Source of the DNA: Gammaproteobacteria bacterium | GTDB taxonomy: Bacteria; Pseudomonadota; Gammaproteobacteria; UBA4575 | Direction of reading: 5' to 3' | DNA length: 64,000 nucleotides | Assembly (NCBI GenBank): GCA_965222615.1 | Contig: CBDCUI010000007.1 | Coordinates: forward strand, 96,001 to 160,000 | In this document: piece by piece, positions 1 through 10,048 of the stretch | How positions within the stretch are numbered: position 1 is the stretch's first letter | Layout: each line of letters opens with the position of its first letter | Position numbers and translations under genes: made by a program | Notes under the pieces: model-generated | What the model was told of the DNA's origin: nothing | Database searches by the model: none | What the model saw: only the letters and a program-made list of their open reading frames with translations

Positions 1-1
1 A

Positions 2-889
2 ATGATGCTTGAACAATTACGCAGACGTACCATCGACGAAGGCATTCAGGTAACGGAAGCTGAAATTGAAGAACTAGTCACTGAATCAAACGAAGATTTA
101 CTAAAAAAAGAATACGAATATCATATTGCACATATTTTAATAGCAGTTCCAGAAACACCCAAACCCGGACAAATCGAAAAAGCTAAACACCGTTCTGCAT
201 TAGTCTATGACCGAGCAGTTTCAGGTAGTAATTTCGCAAAGCTTGCTATCACGGCTTCTGATGCACAAGATGCGCTACAAGGTGGTGACTTGGGTTGGAG
301 AAGCAAGGCACAGCTTCCACAAGCTTTTCTACCACAACTTGCGCAAATGCAACCTGGAGATGTAAGCAAAATTGCACAAAGTCCTGCAGGTTTTCATATC
401 TTTAAAGTACTAGACCACCGTGAGATTAAAAATACTATGGTAAATCAAGTTTTATGTCGTCATATTCTGATTCGCACGAATACTTTACTTAACGACACTG
501 CCGCAGAAATTAAGTTAAAAGACATCAAATCTAAAATTGAACAAGGTGAAGACTTTGCTAAATTTGCACGAGAACATTCTGATGATGCTGGCAGCGCAGT
601 GAATGGAGGAAATTTAAATTGGACCACTTCTAACAACTTTGTTCCAAAGTTTCAGGAAGTTGTAGATAGTCTAGAGGTAGAAGAGATCAGTGAACCATTT
701 CAAAGCCGCTATGGATGGCATATCGTGCAACTCCTAGATGCCAGAAAACATGACAATACACAAGAAGCAATGCGTGCAGAAGCTCGCGAACAAATTAGAC
801 AAAGAAAGATTGAAGAAGAAACTGAGCTATGGCTAAGACAACTACGTGATGAAAGCTACATAGAAAATCGACTACATAGCTCTAATTAA
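2..889 (+). CDS. surA: Periplasmic chaperone/PPIase SurA (5' truncated by window edge)
   Basis: Two parvulin domains (HILI...GGDLGW; HILI...GGNLNW...GWHIVQ); directly upstream of pdxA. Confidence 0.93.
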   Translation: MMLEQLRRRTIDEGIQVTEAEIEELVTESNEDLLKKEYEYHIAHILIAVPETPKPGQIEKAKHRSALVYDRAVSGSNFAKLAITASDAQDALQGGDLGWRSKAQLPQAFLPQLAQMQPGDVSKIAQSPAGFHIFKVLDHREIKNTMVNQVLCRHILIRTNTLLNDTAAEIKLKDIKSKIEQGEDFAKFAREHSDDAGSAVNGGNLNWTTSNNFVPKFQEVVDSLEVEEISEPFQSRYGWHIVQLLDARKHDNTQEAMRAEAREQIRQRKIEEETELWLRQLRDESYIENRLHSSN

Positions 890-960
890 CTACAGCCTAG
901 CCTCTCTCCTAATATTGCTTTAAAACTAGCTTAGGAAACAAATAAAAATTATTTCTCTAA

Positions 961-1971
961 ATGCATACCCCAATACGTATAGCCATAACGCCGGGTGAAC
1001 CAGCTGGTATTGGGCCTGAACTAGTACTTAAACTTGCCCAACAAACTTTAAGATGTGAAATTATTGCCATAGCAAGTTTTGACTTATTAAAAAATCTTGC
1101 ACAGCAATTGAAGATAAAAACTGAAATTGGCTATTTTGACCTCAACACTGAAATAACAGCACATGCCGCAGGAAAGCTTTCTGTAGTAGACATACCACTC
1201 AAGCAGGCTGTAATCCCCGGTAAGCTATGTACTGAAAATTCTTTTTACGTGATCCAATCCTTGAATAAGGCAATCGAGTTAGTCAAAAACAATGTTTGCC
1301 AAGCCTTAACTACCGGTCCGGTGCAAAAAAGCATTCTCAACGATGCTGGAATTCCTTTTTCAGGCCACACAGAATTTATTGCCGAAAAAACGGGCGGATA
1401 CCCTGTCATGTTATTAACTAATGAGACACTTGAAAATCAGCAACAAAACGGCTTTAGAGTTGCTCTGGCAACTACACACTTGGCTGTTTCAGAGGTTCCC
1501 TCTCAGATTACTTCCCAACGAATTGAAACGATATTGAAAATACTACATCGAGAACTGATAGAGCGTTTCGCCATTGCCAGTCCATGTATTAGTGTTTGCG
1601 GCTTAAATCCCCATGCTGGAGAAGGTGGCCATTTAGGTAAAGAAGAAATTAATGTAATCATTCCAACACTGGAAAAATTACGTCAACAGGGAATGAATAT
1701 TGAAGGACCAATCCCCGCAGACACTGCATTCACACAACAACAATTAGTTGGCAAAGATGCTGTGCTCGCAATGTATCATGACCAAGGATTACCGGTTATC
1801 AAACACAGTGGTTTTGGTAATACCGTTAACGTAACTCTTGGCTTGCCAATCATTCGAACTTCCGTAGATCACGGTACAGCATTAGATATTGCTGGACAAG
1901 GCATAGCGGATGTAAGTAGTTTGCATACTGCGGTATCCTTGACAGCTAAACTTGTTAGTAACAGTAGTTGA
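961..1971 (+). CDS. pdxA: 4-hydroxythreonine-4-phosphate dehydrogenase
   Basis: ITPGEPAGIGPE, GLNPHAGE, AMYHDQGL, RTSVDHGTA motifs. Confidence 0.97.
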   Translation: MHTPIRIAITPGEPAGIGPELVLKLAQQTLRCEIIAIASFDLLKNLAQQLKIKTEIGYFDLNTEITAHAAGKLSVVDIPLKQAVIPGKLCTENSFYVIQSLNKAIELVKNNVCQALTTGPVQKSILNDAGIPFSGHTEFIAEKTGGYPVMLLTNETLENQQQNGFRVALATTHLAVSEVPSQITSQRIETILKILHRELIERFAIASPCISVCGLNPHAGEGGHLGKEEINVIIPTLEKLRQQGMNIEGPIPADTAFTQQQLVGKDAVLAMYHDQGLPVIKHSGFGNTVNVTLGLPIIRTSVDHGTALDIAGQGIADVSSLHTAVSLTAKLVSNSS

Positions 1972-2042
1972 CTTACATGTAAAACTAAACTAGAACCTAT
2001 TCACAATTTTTCGATGGGTTCAAGAAACTTTGGAAAATACAT

Positions 2043-2420
2043 ATGGCTAAACTCACTTCAGAAGCACTGCAAGCTTGGGAGCAACATGATGAACGTATGG
2101 TGCTCACTACCTGCAACACAAATAACATCCCAAACTCAATATGGGTAATTTGCGTAAAGCTCATTAACGACGAGCAATTTGTAATCGCAAATAACGCATT
2201 TCACAAAACCTTAAAGAATATAAATTCGGGAAGTAAAGGATCATTACTTTACATCGCCCCCGAACGTGAAGCCTATCAAGTAAAAGGTTCACTTGAGTAC
2301 TATACCAGCGGACCTGTTTACGATGACATGAAACAATGGCTCGATCCAAAGTTTCCTGGCAAAGGTGCATTAGTCTTAAATATTGAAGAAGTGTTCTATG
2401 GAGCCAATCAAGTAGTCTAA
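2043..2420 (+). CDS. Pyridoxamine 5'-phosphate oxidase-like FMN-binding split-barrel protein
   Basis: N-terminal L-T...PN, KTLKNI and YQVKG pattern; 125 aa. Confidence 0.7.
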   Translation: MAKLTSEALQAWEQHDERMVLTTCNTNNIPNSIWVICVKLINDEQFVIANNAFHKTLKNINSGSKGSLLYIAPEREAYQVKGSLEYYTSGPVYDDMKQWLDPKFPGKGALVLNIEEVFYGANQVV

Positions 2421-2432
2421 AACCTGTACACT

Positions 2433-3014
2433 ATGAAAAACCGAGTCTTTTTATTCTTTGCTTTCCTATTAGTGATATGCGGCCAAGTAAATACTTATGC
2501 TGCAGGCTTAGAAAATCGTAGCATTAATATTTCTAGTAATGAGAGATTTAATTTTATCAATGGCAGCAGTATTCAGTTCAAATTTAAACCACTATCTGAT
2601 AAGGCTCGAGAACTAGAAATAACAAGGAATGCTTCATCCTTAGGAGTTGCCTACCTGGGACAAATTCAACTAAAAGAAAACATCACAGCTTTGTCAGCTT
2701 TACGATCTATCGCCGATCAAATCGGAGAAAGTTTAAACCTGAGTTTTGGTGTAATCGCAGATTCTAATACTTCTGAAGCACTTAAATTAAATGAATTATT
2801 ATTATTATATCATCCTGCTATCACGGTAACACTTGTATTGGCAAGGCCTAATGAAGAAAGCAATTATGAAATCATATGTACCTATGCATTAAGAGATTTA
2901 AAAGAAGAAAACGCAAGAGACAAACAAACTATATCTCAAGCACAGGGAACAAACCAGGCATCTGAAAATCCAAAACCTCAAGTGAACAAGCAGGAAGAGG
3001 CTGTAAACCAATAG
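2433..3014 (+). CDS. Hypothetical exported protein
   Basis: 193-aa ORF with signal-peptide-like N-terminus; no recognised motif. Confidence 0.55.
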   Translation: MKNRVFLFFAFLLVICGQVNTYAAGLENRSINISSNERFNFINGSSIQFKFKPLSDKARELEITRNASSLGVAYLGQIQLKENITALSALRSIADQIGESLNLSFGVIADSNTSEALKLNELLLLYHPAITVTLVLARPNEESNYEIICTYALRDLKEENARDKQTISQAQGTNQASENPKPQVNKQEEAVNQ

Positions 3015-3126
3015 GTCACTACCACAAGTATTGGACGTAATTTATATAAGTTTTATCAAAAATAATTGATCAGCCATTTATCAACTGTGTAATAGTAAAA
3101 CGCTGTACCCCATTCACCACAATAAG

Positions 3127-3915
3127 GTGCTATTGGTGACCAAAAAACTTCGTAAACGTTTTGGACAACATCTACTCACAGATCCAAATACGATTACCGA
3201 TATCATTCAAGCTATTAACCCTTCTCCACAAGAAAATATTTGTGAAATAGGGCCCGGGCTAGGTGCAATTACGATCCCTGTACTTAAGCAAGTAGGTATA
3301 ATGCACGCGATTGAAATTGACCGAGATCTATCTAAAGAGTTACTAATAAAATGTAAAGAAATTGGTAAACTAGAATTACATCAGTCCGATGTCTTGAAAT
3401 TTAACTTTAATGATATAGCTAAACCAGATCAGCGCTGTCGACTGATAGGCAACCTCCCCTATAACATTTCTACTCCACTTCTATTTCATTTGCTTCAATT
3501 TTCTACTGTTATAGAAGATATGTATTTCATGTTGCAAAAAGAAGTTGTCAATCGTGTTGTTGCTAAACCCGACGATAGTGCATACAGTCGATTAAGTATA
3601 ATGACACAAAGTCACTATCAAGTAGAAAATTTATTTGATATTGCACCAAATATGTTTTCTCCGCCTCCGAAAGTAACCTCTAGTTTTATACGACTACTAC
3701 CAAGTGATATTGTGCTTAAAAAAATTTTAGACCGTGAGTTATTCAGTAAAATCGTTAAATATGCTTTTCAGCATAGGCGTAAAACAATAAAAAATAACCT
3801 AGCATCAATTGCTTCTGAGAAACATCTGGAAAAGGCATCTATAATTCCTAGTCAACGCCCGCAAGAAATTTCTATAGACCAATACATTACACTTACAAAT
3901 CAACTCACGAATTAA
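3127..3915 (+). CDS. rsmA: 16S rRNA m6,2A dimethyltransferase
   Basis: RKRFGQH, EIGPGLG, GNLPYNIS, FSPPPKV motifs; operon context. Confidence 0.97.
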   Translation: MLLVTKKLRKRFGQHLLTDPNTITDIIQAINPSPQENICEIGPGLGAITIPVLKQVGIMHAIEIDRDLSKELLIKCKEIGKLELHQSDVLKFNFNDIAKPDQRCRLIGNLPYNISTPLLFHLLQFSTVIEDMYFMLQKEVVNRVVAKPDDSAYSRLSIMTQSHYQVENLFDIAPNMFSPPPKVTSSFIRLLPSDIVLKKILDRELFSKIVKYAFQHRRKTIKNNLASIASEKHLEKASIIPSQRPQEISIDQYITLTNQLTN

Positions 3916-4060
3916 GTACTTTTTTGACAACTCATTGAATTTTTTACAACTTAAGTTGCTTAAGTATTAACGCTAAGAAACAAAATGGTTAATTTTTACA
4001 CCATAATACAAATGTTAGCTGCATCTGAGTTTTTTATAATTTTGTAGGTATAATACGCAT

Positions 4061-4444
4061 ATGGATGAGTCACAAGCCCACAATATAGATGTAAGCGTAG
4101 ATAGTACCTTTATCGAAGGTCAATCTGACGAAGAACAAAACCGTTTTGTGTTCGCATATACTGTAACCATACATAATACCGGTTTGGTACCTGCTAAACT
4201 GATTACTCGCCACTGGATCATTACAGATTCTAATGGCAAGACCCAAGAGGTAAAAGGTGAAGGTGTAGTCGGTGAACAACCTTATTTACGCCCTGGTGAA
4301 GCCTTTCAATATACTAGTGGCACAATGCTAGAAACACCAGTAGGTACAATGAAAGGCAGCTATCAAATGGTTGCAGATGACGGTACTGAGTTTGATGCTG
4401 AGATTAATGTATTTACATTAGCAGCTCCTCGCGTCCTGCATTAA
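4061..4444 (+). CDS. apaG: ApaG protein
   Basis: FAYTVTI, RHWIITD, GEGVVGEQP motifs. Confidence 0.97.
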   Translation: MDESQAHNIDVSVDSTFIEGQSDEEQNRFVFAYTVTIHNTGLVPAKLITRHWIITDSNGKTQEVKGEGVVGEQPYLRPGEAFQYTSGTMLETPVGTMKGSYQMVADDGTEFDAEINVFTLAAPRVLH

Positions 4445-4554
4445 ATTATTTAATCAACTATCGTATTAGAATTAGCTTTAATTAAAGCTAACATGCGATT
4501 TTGAAAATAATTTTTTGTAAAATGCGCATACTATCTATGTATACAAACTAAAGC

Positions 4555-5391
4555 ATGGCAATTTATGCAGTTGGAGATGTACAAGGCTGTTTTGACGAAT
4601 TACAAGAACTTGTAGAGTACATTTCCTTTAAACCAAAAAAGGATCAGTTGTGGTTCGTAGGTGATATTGTCAATCGCGGACCAAAGTCTTTGGAAACATT
4701 ACGCTGGGTTAAATCTCTTGGCAATGCTGCCGTAATGGTACTGGGCAACCATGACCTACATTTACTCGCAGCTCATGCTGGCGTTAGAGAAACTAGCACG
4801 AGCAGTAGTTTATTCCCAATATTAAAAGCCGATGACGCGAATGAATTAGTTGACTGGCTTAGACATCAACCATTAATACGCTTCAACAAAAAATTTGAAT
4901 TTGCCATAGTACATGCCGGCCTACCACCCCAGTGGAACATACAAGATGCATTTCGTTATGCAAAAGAAGTAGAAACCGTTTTAAAGTCAAAAAAATATAA
5001 AAACTTTCTTTATAACATGTATGGAGATACACCCAATCAATGGAATAGCAAATTAAAAGGCTGGGATCGCATGCGTATAATCACCAATCTCTTCACGCGT
5101 CTACGCTATTGTACTCCCAAAGGAGTGATGAGCTTTGAAGACAAGGGCCCTCCTGGTACACAAAGCGCAGGAATGAAACCTTGGTATGAAATTAAATCAC
5201 GTAACAGTCAAGACACGACTATTGTTTTTGGACACTGGTCTACACTTGGACATATAAATAATCATAACGTGATTGCAACGGATACCGGCTGTCTGTGGGG
5301 AGGACGTTTAACTGCGATCAGAATAGGTAAAGACGAGCTCACAGTTTATCAAGTCAAATGTGAAGCTAAACAAGCTATTCCAACTATTTAA
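4555..5391 (+). CDS. apaH: Symmetrical Ap4A hydrolase
   Basis: GDVQGC, GDIVNRGP, LGNHDLH, FGHWS, DTGCLWGG metallophosphoesterase motifs. Confidence 0.97.
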   Translation: MAIYAVGDVQGCFDELQELVEYISFKPKKDQLWFVGDIVNRGPKSLETLRWVKSLGNAAVMVLGNHDLHLLAAHAGVRETSTSSSLFPILKADDANELVDWLRHQPLIRFNKKFEFAIVHAGLPPQWNIQDAFRYAKEVETVLKSKKYKNFLYNMYGDTPNQWNSKLKGWDRMRIITNLFTRLRYCTPKGVMSFEDKGPPGTQSAGMKPWYEIKSRNSQDTTIVFGHWSTLGHINNHNVIATDTGCLWGGRLTAIRIGKDELTVYQVKCEAKQAIPTI

Positions 5392-5551
5392 ACTAACAAT
5401 CCAAACAAAAACTGGTCATTTCATTTAGATGTGTTAAAAAAATTTAGCATGGATTTTCAATAATTAGCTACTCAAAATAATATTGAAATTTAACCTCTGC
5501 ATGTAACCACTCATCGGGAAATTTGGCACGCATGGATTTACTTATTCCAAA

Positions 5552-6016
5552 ATGAGCCATTATTCACATGAGTTTTATATAAGTATTGTTATGGGCAAGT
5601 TGGACACAATAATAAAAAAAATCATCGATGGTACAAATATATCTAAACAAAATAGAGCTAACAAAAAACCTGGCACTTCAAACAAGGTCGTACAAACACG
5701 ACATCCCTTGTCAGTCCCTGAGCTCAAACAAGACATTCACGAGCTGGTAAGACAATGTAGAGAAGAGATTCAGAAATCAGAAGATTCAGGAATCATGCCA
5801 GCACCAACTTATTTTGAGCAGGTTGCAATTTTATCTAGAAAAGAGAAGAAATATGAAAATGAAATTGCGATATGTGAAATGTATATCGACCTTATTAATC
5901 AATATGCTGAGAGAGAGAAACTAACGAAAGACGAAATATCAACCAATCTTTTACCTAATTGCACTCCATTTATGAAACGTCTGCATAATGCAAAAATAAT
6001 GATCAGTCATGAATAA
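5552..6016 (+). CDS. Hypothetical protein (TPR-like helical repeat); start may be ATG 5591
   Basis: APTYFEQVAILSRKEKKYENEIAICE helix-pair pattern. Confidence 0.5.
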   Translation: MSHYSHEFYISIVMGKLDTIIKKIIDGTNISKQNRANKKPGTSNKVVQTRHPLSVPELKQDIHELVRQCREEIQKSEDSGIMPAPTYFEQVAILSRKEKKYENEIAICEMYIDLINQYAEREKLTKDEISTNLLPNCTPFMKRLHNAKIMISHE

Positions 6017-6110
6017 TATCATCTTTTGTGATTAAAAATCGTAAACGATAAACACATTACATAAACAGTTTGATAATTTCTAGTTTGCGCATTGAAGAGC
6101 AAATTAATGT

Positions 6111-7064
6111 TTAGTCAACAGTTGATGATGATCGATGGTAACGCATAATGATATTAGGATCGGGCAATAAATTAATAGTAGTATCCTTACCCTCGTAATC
6201 ATAACTTGAAAGGACATAACGAATGCTTTCCAGGCGTGCACTCTTTTTATCGTTAGCTTGCACAATGATCCACGGGCTGAAGGTTGTATGAGTATTACTA
6301 AACATCATCTCTTTGTATTTAGTATATTCATCCCATAACTTCTGCGCGCGCCCATCAATAGGACTCAGTTTCCATTGTTTTAGTGGATTCGTTTGACGTG
6401 ACTCAAAACGCTTGAGTTGCTCTTTCTTGGAGATAGAAAACCAAAACTTAGTTAGGTCTATACCATCTTCATACAGCATATGTTCAAACTCCGGCACTTG
6501 ACGCATGAATTGCTTATACTGCTTCTTCGTACAAAATTTATTGACTGGCTCAACTACTGCACGGTTGTACCAACTACGATCAAAAAAAACAATCTCACCC
6601 TTGTTTGGTAATTGTTTGACATAGCGCTGAAAGTACCATTGGCCCACTTCATCATCACTTGGCTTAGGCAATGCGACAATACGCATTGCGCGTGGATTCA
6701 TATGTTCCACGAAACGTCGAATTGTCCCACCTTTTCCAGCAGCATCACGTCCTTCATAGACAATTGCTATGCGACGTTGCTGTTCTTGCGCCCAACGCTG
6801 TAACTTTACCAATTCACCTTGCAACAAACGTAGATCTTCTTCATATGCTAATGCTTTCTTGAATTTTTTGAGGTTAAAGTCCTTTTTTCTTAGCAGTCCA
6901 AAAAAATCGCGCGACGATTGAAGCTCGATAAGTTCTTCTTTTGTCAGTATATCTTCGGCAGAATTCATCATCATTTCCGCCGAATCGTTTATATCTGGTG
7001 CAACTTTAAGCGCGTTAATAGCAATGCCATCCTTACTTGCTAGCTTTACTTTTTTATTAGTCAT
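6111..7064 (-). CDS. ppk2: Polyphosphate kinase 2
   Basis: EGRDAAGKGG Walker A, FDRSWYNRA, WKLSPID. Confidence 0.96.
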   Translation of the reverse strand: MTNKKVKLASKDGIAINALKVAPDINDSAEMMMNSAEDILTKEELIELQSSRDFFGLLRKKDFNLKKFKKALAYEEDLRLLQGELVKLQRWAQEQQRRIAIVYEGRDAAGKGGTIRRFVEHMNPRAMRIVALPKPSDDEVGQWYFQRYVKQLPNKGEIVFFDRSWYNRAVVEPVNKFCTKKQYKQFMRQVPEFEHMLYEDGIDLTKFWFSISKKEQLKRFESRQTNPLKQWKLSPIDGRAQKLWDEYTKYKEMMFSNTHTTFSPWIIVQANDKKSARLESIRYVLSSYDYEGKDTTINLLPDPNIIMRYHRSSSTVD

Positions 7065-7335
7065 CTTAAACCCTTAATCACAGGTTAGTTTTGAAAATGC
7101 TATATCTAAAAATAATATCTTTATCAAGCTGCCTAGGACTCAACTAAATCATAACTACGATGAAAGCAAGGGTTATGAGCAATTTTCCTGACCTAGCACA
7201 AGAAAATAATGGTTTCTCGTTAGAACCTTGAAAATTGAGCATAAACATATGACCTCGATTTTTGAGAAGCCACTTGGGGCCGTAACCTGCTATTCGATAG
7301 AATATTGATCCAAATTTAGTGCCAATAGAATACTT

Positions 7336-7809
7336 ATGAAATCAATCGCTATTTTTGCAGATGTACAAAATATTTATTACACCACTCGTCAAGCTTATGA
7401 CCGCCAATTTAATTATAGGAAAGTGTGGCAACAAATCAGTAACCAAGGAGAGATTATTTCTGCAACTGCTTATGCAACAGATCGTGGTGATGATAAACAA
7501 CTTAAATTCCAAAATGCTCTAGAACATATCGGATTTACAGTAAAACTCAAACCTTATATTCAGCGTAGTGATGGATCGGCGAAAGGTGATTGGGACGTTG
7601 GTATTACAATTGATATTATGGAAGCAGCAAAAAACGTTGATACTATTATTTTATTATCTGGTGATGGTGACTTCGATTTATTACTGCAGAAAATCAAAAA
7701 GGATTACGCAGTCTGTACCGAAGTTTATGGTGTGCCAACACTCACAGCCAACTCACTTATTGATTCTGCTAGTATCTACCATCCTATTGAAGAAAAATTA
7801 TTATTATAA
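7336..7809 (+). CDS. NYN/LabA (DUF88) PIN-like domain protein
   Basis: FADVQN, KGDWDVGITID, LLSGDGDF acidic motifs. Confidence 0.9.
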   Translation: MKSIAIFADVQNIYYTTRQAYDRQFNYRKVWQQISNQGEIISATAYATDRGDDKQLKFQNALEHIGFTVKLKPYIQRSDGSAKGDWDVGITIDIMEAAKNVDTIILLSGDGDFDLLLQKIKKDYAVCTEVYGVPTLTANSLIDSASIYHPIEEKLLL

Positions 7810-7873
7810 GAATAAATGAAATTTAGTTAAAATTTAAATGGATACGATAAGTTATATTAGCCATTTAAAATAT

Positions 7874-8356
7874 TTATTTAATTCGTATATATTGAATAAA
7901 CTCCATATCAAATTTATTTTTCTCATCTTTGTCTCGATATTCTCTCTCTAATTCTTTCCATTCATGTTTATTCCATTTTGGAAAATAGGTATCACCTTGC
8001 AAATCTGCATGCACAATCGTTATATATAAATGTGTTGCGAGCGGTAAAGCCAATTTGTAAATATCTGCGCCGCCAATCACAAAGGCCTTACCTAGTACTA
8101 ACCTGGCAACGTGACCCCAATTATTGGCGATTTCACAACCCTCAGCTGTGAATTTTTTATTGTGGGTAAGTACAATATGTTGTCTCCCTGGCAATAATCC
8201 AGGAAGAGACTCAAAAGTCTTACGCCCCATTATTATGGGATGCCCCATAGTAATTTTTTTAAAGCGTTGTAAGTCGGCCGGCAGATGCCATGGAATTTGA
8301 TTATCTTTACCAATTAATCCCTGTGGGGTCATCGCAACGATGATTGCAATTTGCAT
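7874..8356 (-). CDS. folA: Dihydrofolate reductase
   Basis: IPWHLPADL, IMGRKTFES, IGGA, GDTYFP. Confidence 0.96.
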   Translation of the reverse strand: MQIAIIVAMTPQGLIGKDNQIPWHLPADLQRFKKITMGHPIIMGRKTFESLPGLLPGRQHIVLTHNKKFTAEGCEIANNWGHVARLVLGKAFVIGGADIYKLALPLATHLYITIVHADLQGDTYFPKWNKHEWKELEREYRDKDEKNKFDMEFIQYIRIK

Positions 8357-8381
8357 ACCTAATTCGATTAGACTTGTTTAT

Positions 8382-9176
8382 TTAGACTGCTACAGGAGCC
8401 GAAATGTGCTCATGGCATTGATAATTTTGTAATTCAAAATCCTCGTATTTAAATTCAAATATCGATTTAACATTTGGATTGATCCACATATTCGGCAATG
8501 CATAAGGTGCACGACTTAACTGTTGTTGTGCTTGTTCGATATGGTTTTTATACAAATGCACATCACCAAAGGTATGCACAAACTCTCCGGGTTCATAGCC
8601 CGTAACATGCGCTACCATTTGCAGCAACAAAGCATACGAAGCAATATTAAAAGGCACGCCTAAAAATACATCGGCACTACGTTGATACAACTGACAAGAA
8701 AGCCTGTTTTGCGCTACATAAAATTGAAAAAAGGCATGGCAGGGCGGCAAAGCCATGTTGTCAATTTCACCAACATTCCATGCACTTACGATATGTCTTC
8801 GAGATAAAGGATTTTCTTTGAGCTCAGTAATTAATTGGCTGATTTGGTCAATACATTTACCATCTGCAGTTTGCCAACTACGCCATTGTGCCCCATATAC
8901 CGGACCAAGTTCTCCGTTTTCATCAGCCCATTCGTCCCAAATGGATATACCATTTTTGTGCAAGTAAGAAACATTAGTTTCACCGCGCAAAAACCATAAC
9001 AGCTCATGGATAATTGATTTGAGATGCAGCTTCTTCGTGGTTAACAATGGAAAGCCATTTTGTAGATCAAAACGCATTTGATAACCAAACACCGATACTG
9101 TACCAGTGCCGGTTCGATCACCTTTTTCTACGCCATGTGTCATGACATGATGGAGTAACTCTAAATATTGTTGCAT
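8382..9176 (-). CDS. thyA: Thymidylate synthase
   Basis: [28 protein letters not shown]. Confidence 0.98.
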   Translation of the reverse strand: MQQYLELLHHVMTHGVEKGDRTGTGTVSVFGYQMRFDLQNGFPLLTTKKLHLKSIIHELLWFLRGETNVSYLHKNGISIWDEWADENGELGPVYGAQWRSWQTADGKCIDQISQLITELKENPLSRRHIVSAWNVGEIDNMALPPCHAFFQFYVAQNRLSCQLYQRSADVFLGVPFNIASYALLLQMVAHVTGYEPGEFVHTFGDVHLYKNHIEQAQQQLSRAPYALPNMWINPNVKSIFEFKYEDFELQNYQCHEHISAPVAV

Positions 9177-9179
9177 GTC

Positions 9180-9977
9180 TTATGTTTTATCAGGTATTCC
9201 AAATTTATTATAAGCCAGCCATATGGTTACTAAACCAATGATTACCATCGGTATGGTCAACAACTGTCCCATGGTAAGCCAATCAAATGCAATAAAATTT
9301 AAGTGTGCGTCTGGTTCGCGTACAAATTCAATAACAAAACGGAAAATACCATAAAGCAAAACAAATAAACCGCAAACAGCACCAACAGGCCGTGGTTTTT
9401 GCGCAAATGCCCATAACACAACAAATAACACCAAACCTTCAAGAAAGGCTTGATACAACTGTGATGGATGCCTAGTCAAATCGCCAGCTTGAGGAAATAC
9501 CATACTCCATGGCACATCAGTTACACGGCCCCAAAGTTCTCCATTGATAAAATTACCGATTCTGCCTGCGCCTAGACCAATGGGTACCATAGGCGCAACA
9601 AAATCACACAAACGCAAGAACCCATATCCTTTAGCGCGTTGATAGATCCAAAGGGCAAAAACCACACCGAGCAACCCGCCATGGAAACTCATACCCCCTT
9701 CCCAAATCTTAAACAGATAAAGCGGGTTTTCTAAAAACTGGGAGAAATTATAAAATAACACTGAACCAACTCTACCCCCTATAATCACACCTAACATTCC
9801 ATAGAATAAAATATCACCCACATCTTCGGGCTTAGCTACGGTATGCTGTTTCTTTGCATGGATACGGCCCAGCCACCAAAATGCAAGAAAGCCGATGGCA
9901 TACATTAAACCATACCAACGTAACTTTAGTGGACCGATAGAAAAAATTACCGGATCAATTTCAGGAAAAGTCAGCAT
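9180..9977 (-). CDS. lgt: Prolipoprotein diacylglyceryl transferase (start reassigned to ATG 9977)
   Basis: RWYGLMY, GGMSFHGG, GRIGNFINGELWGR, HPSQLY; MLTFPEIDP is the typical N-terminus. Confidence 0.96.
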   Translation of the reverse strand: MLTFPEIDPVIFSIGPLKLRWYGLMYAIGFLAFWWLGRIHAKKQHTVAKPEDVGDILFYGMLGVIIGGRVGSVLFYNFSQFLENPLYLFKIWEGGMSFHGGLLGVVFALWIYQRAKGYGFLRLCDFVAPMVPIGLGAGRIGNFINGELWGRVTDVPWSMVFPQAGDLTRHPSQLYQAFLEGLVLFVVLWAFAQKPRPVGAVCGLFVLLYGIFRFVIEFVREPDAHLNFIAFDWLTMGQLLTIPMVIIGLVTIWLAYNKFGIPDKT

Positions 9978-10048
9978 ATTTACACTATAGCAACAGTTAG
10001 GCTCAGTTAATAACAAACCAACATGTGTATAAAATTTAAACACCTAGT

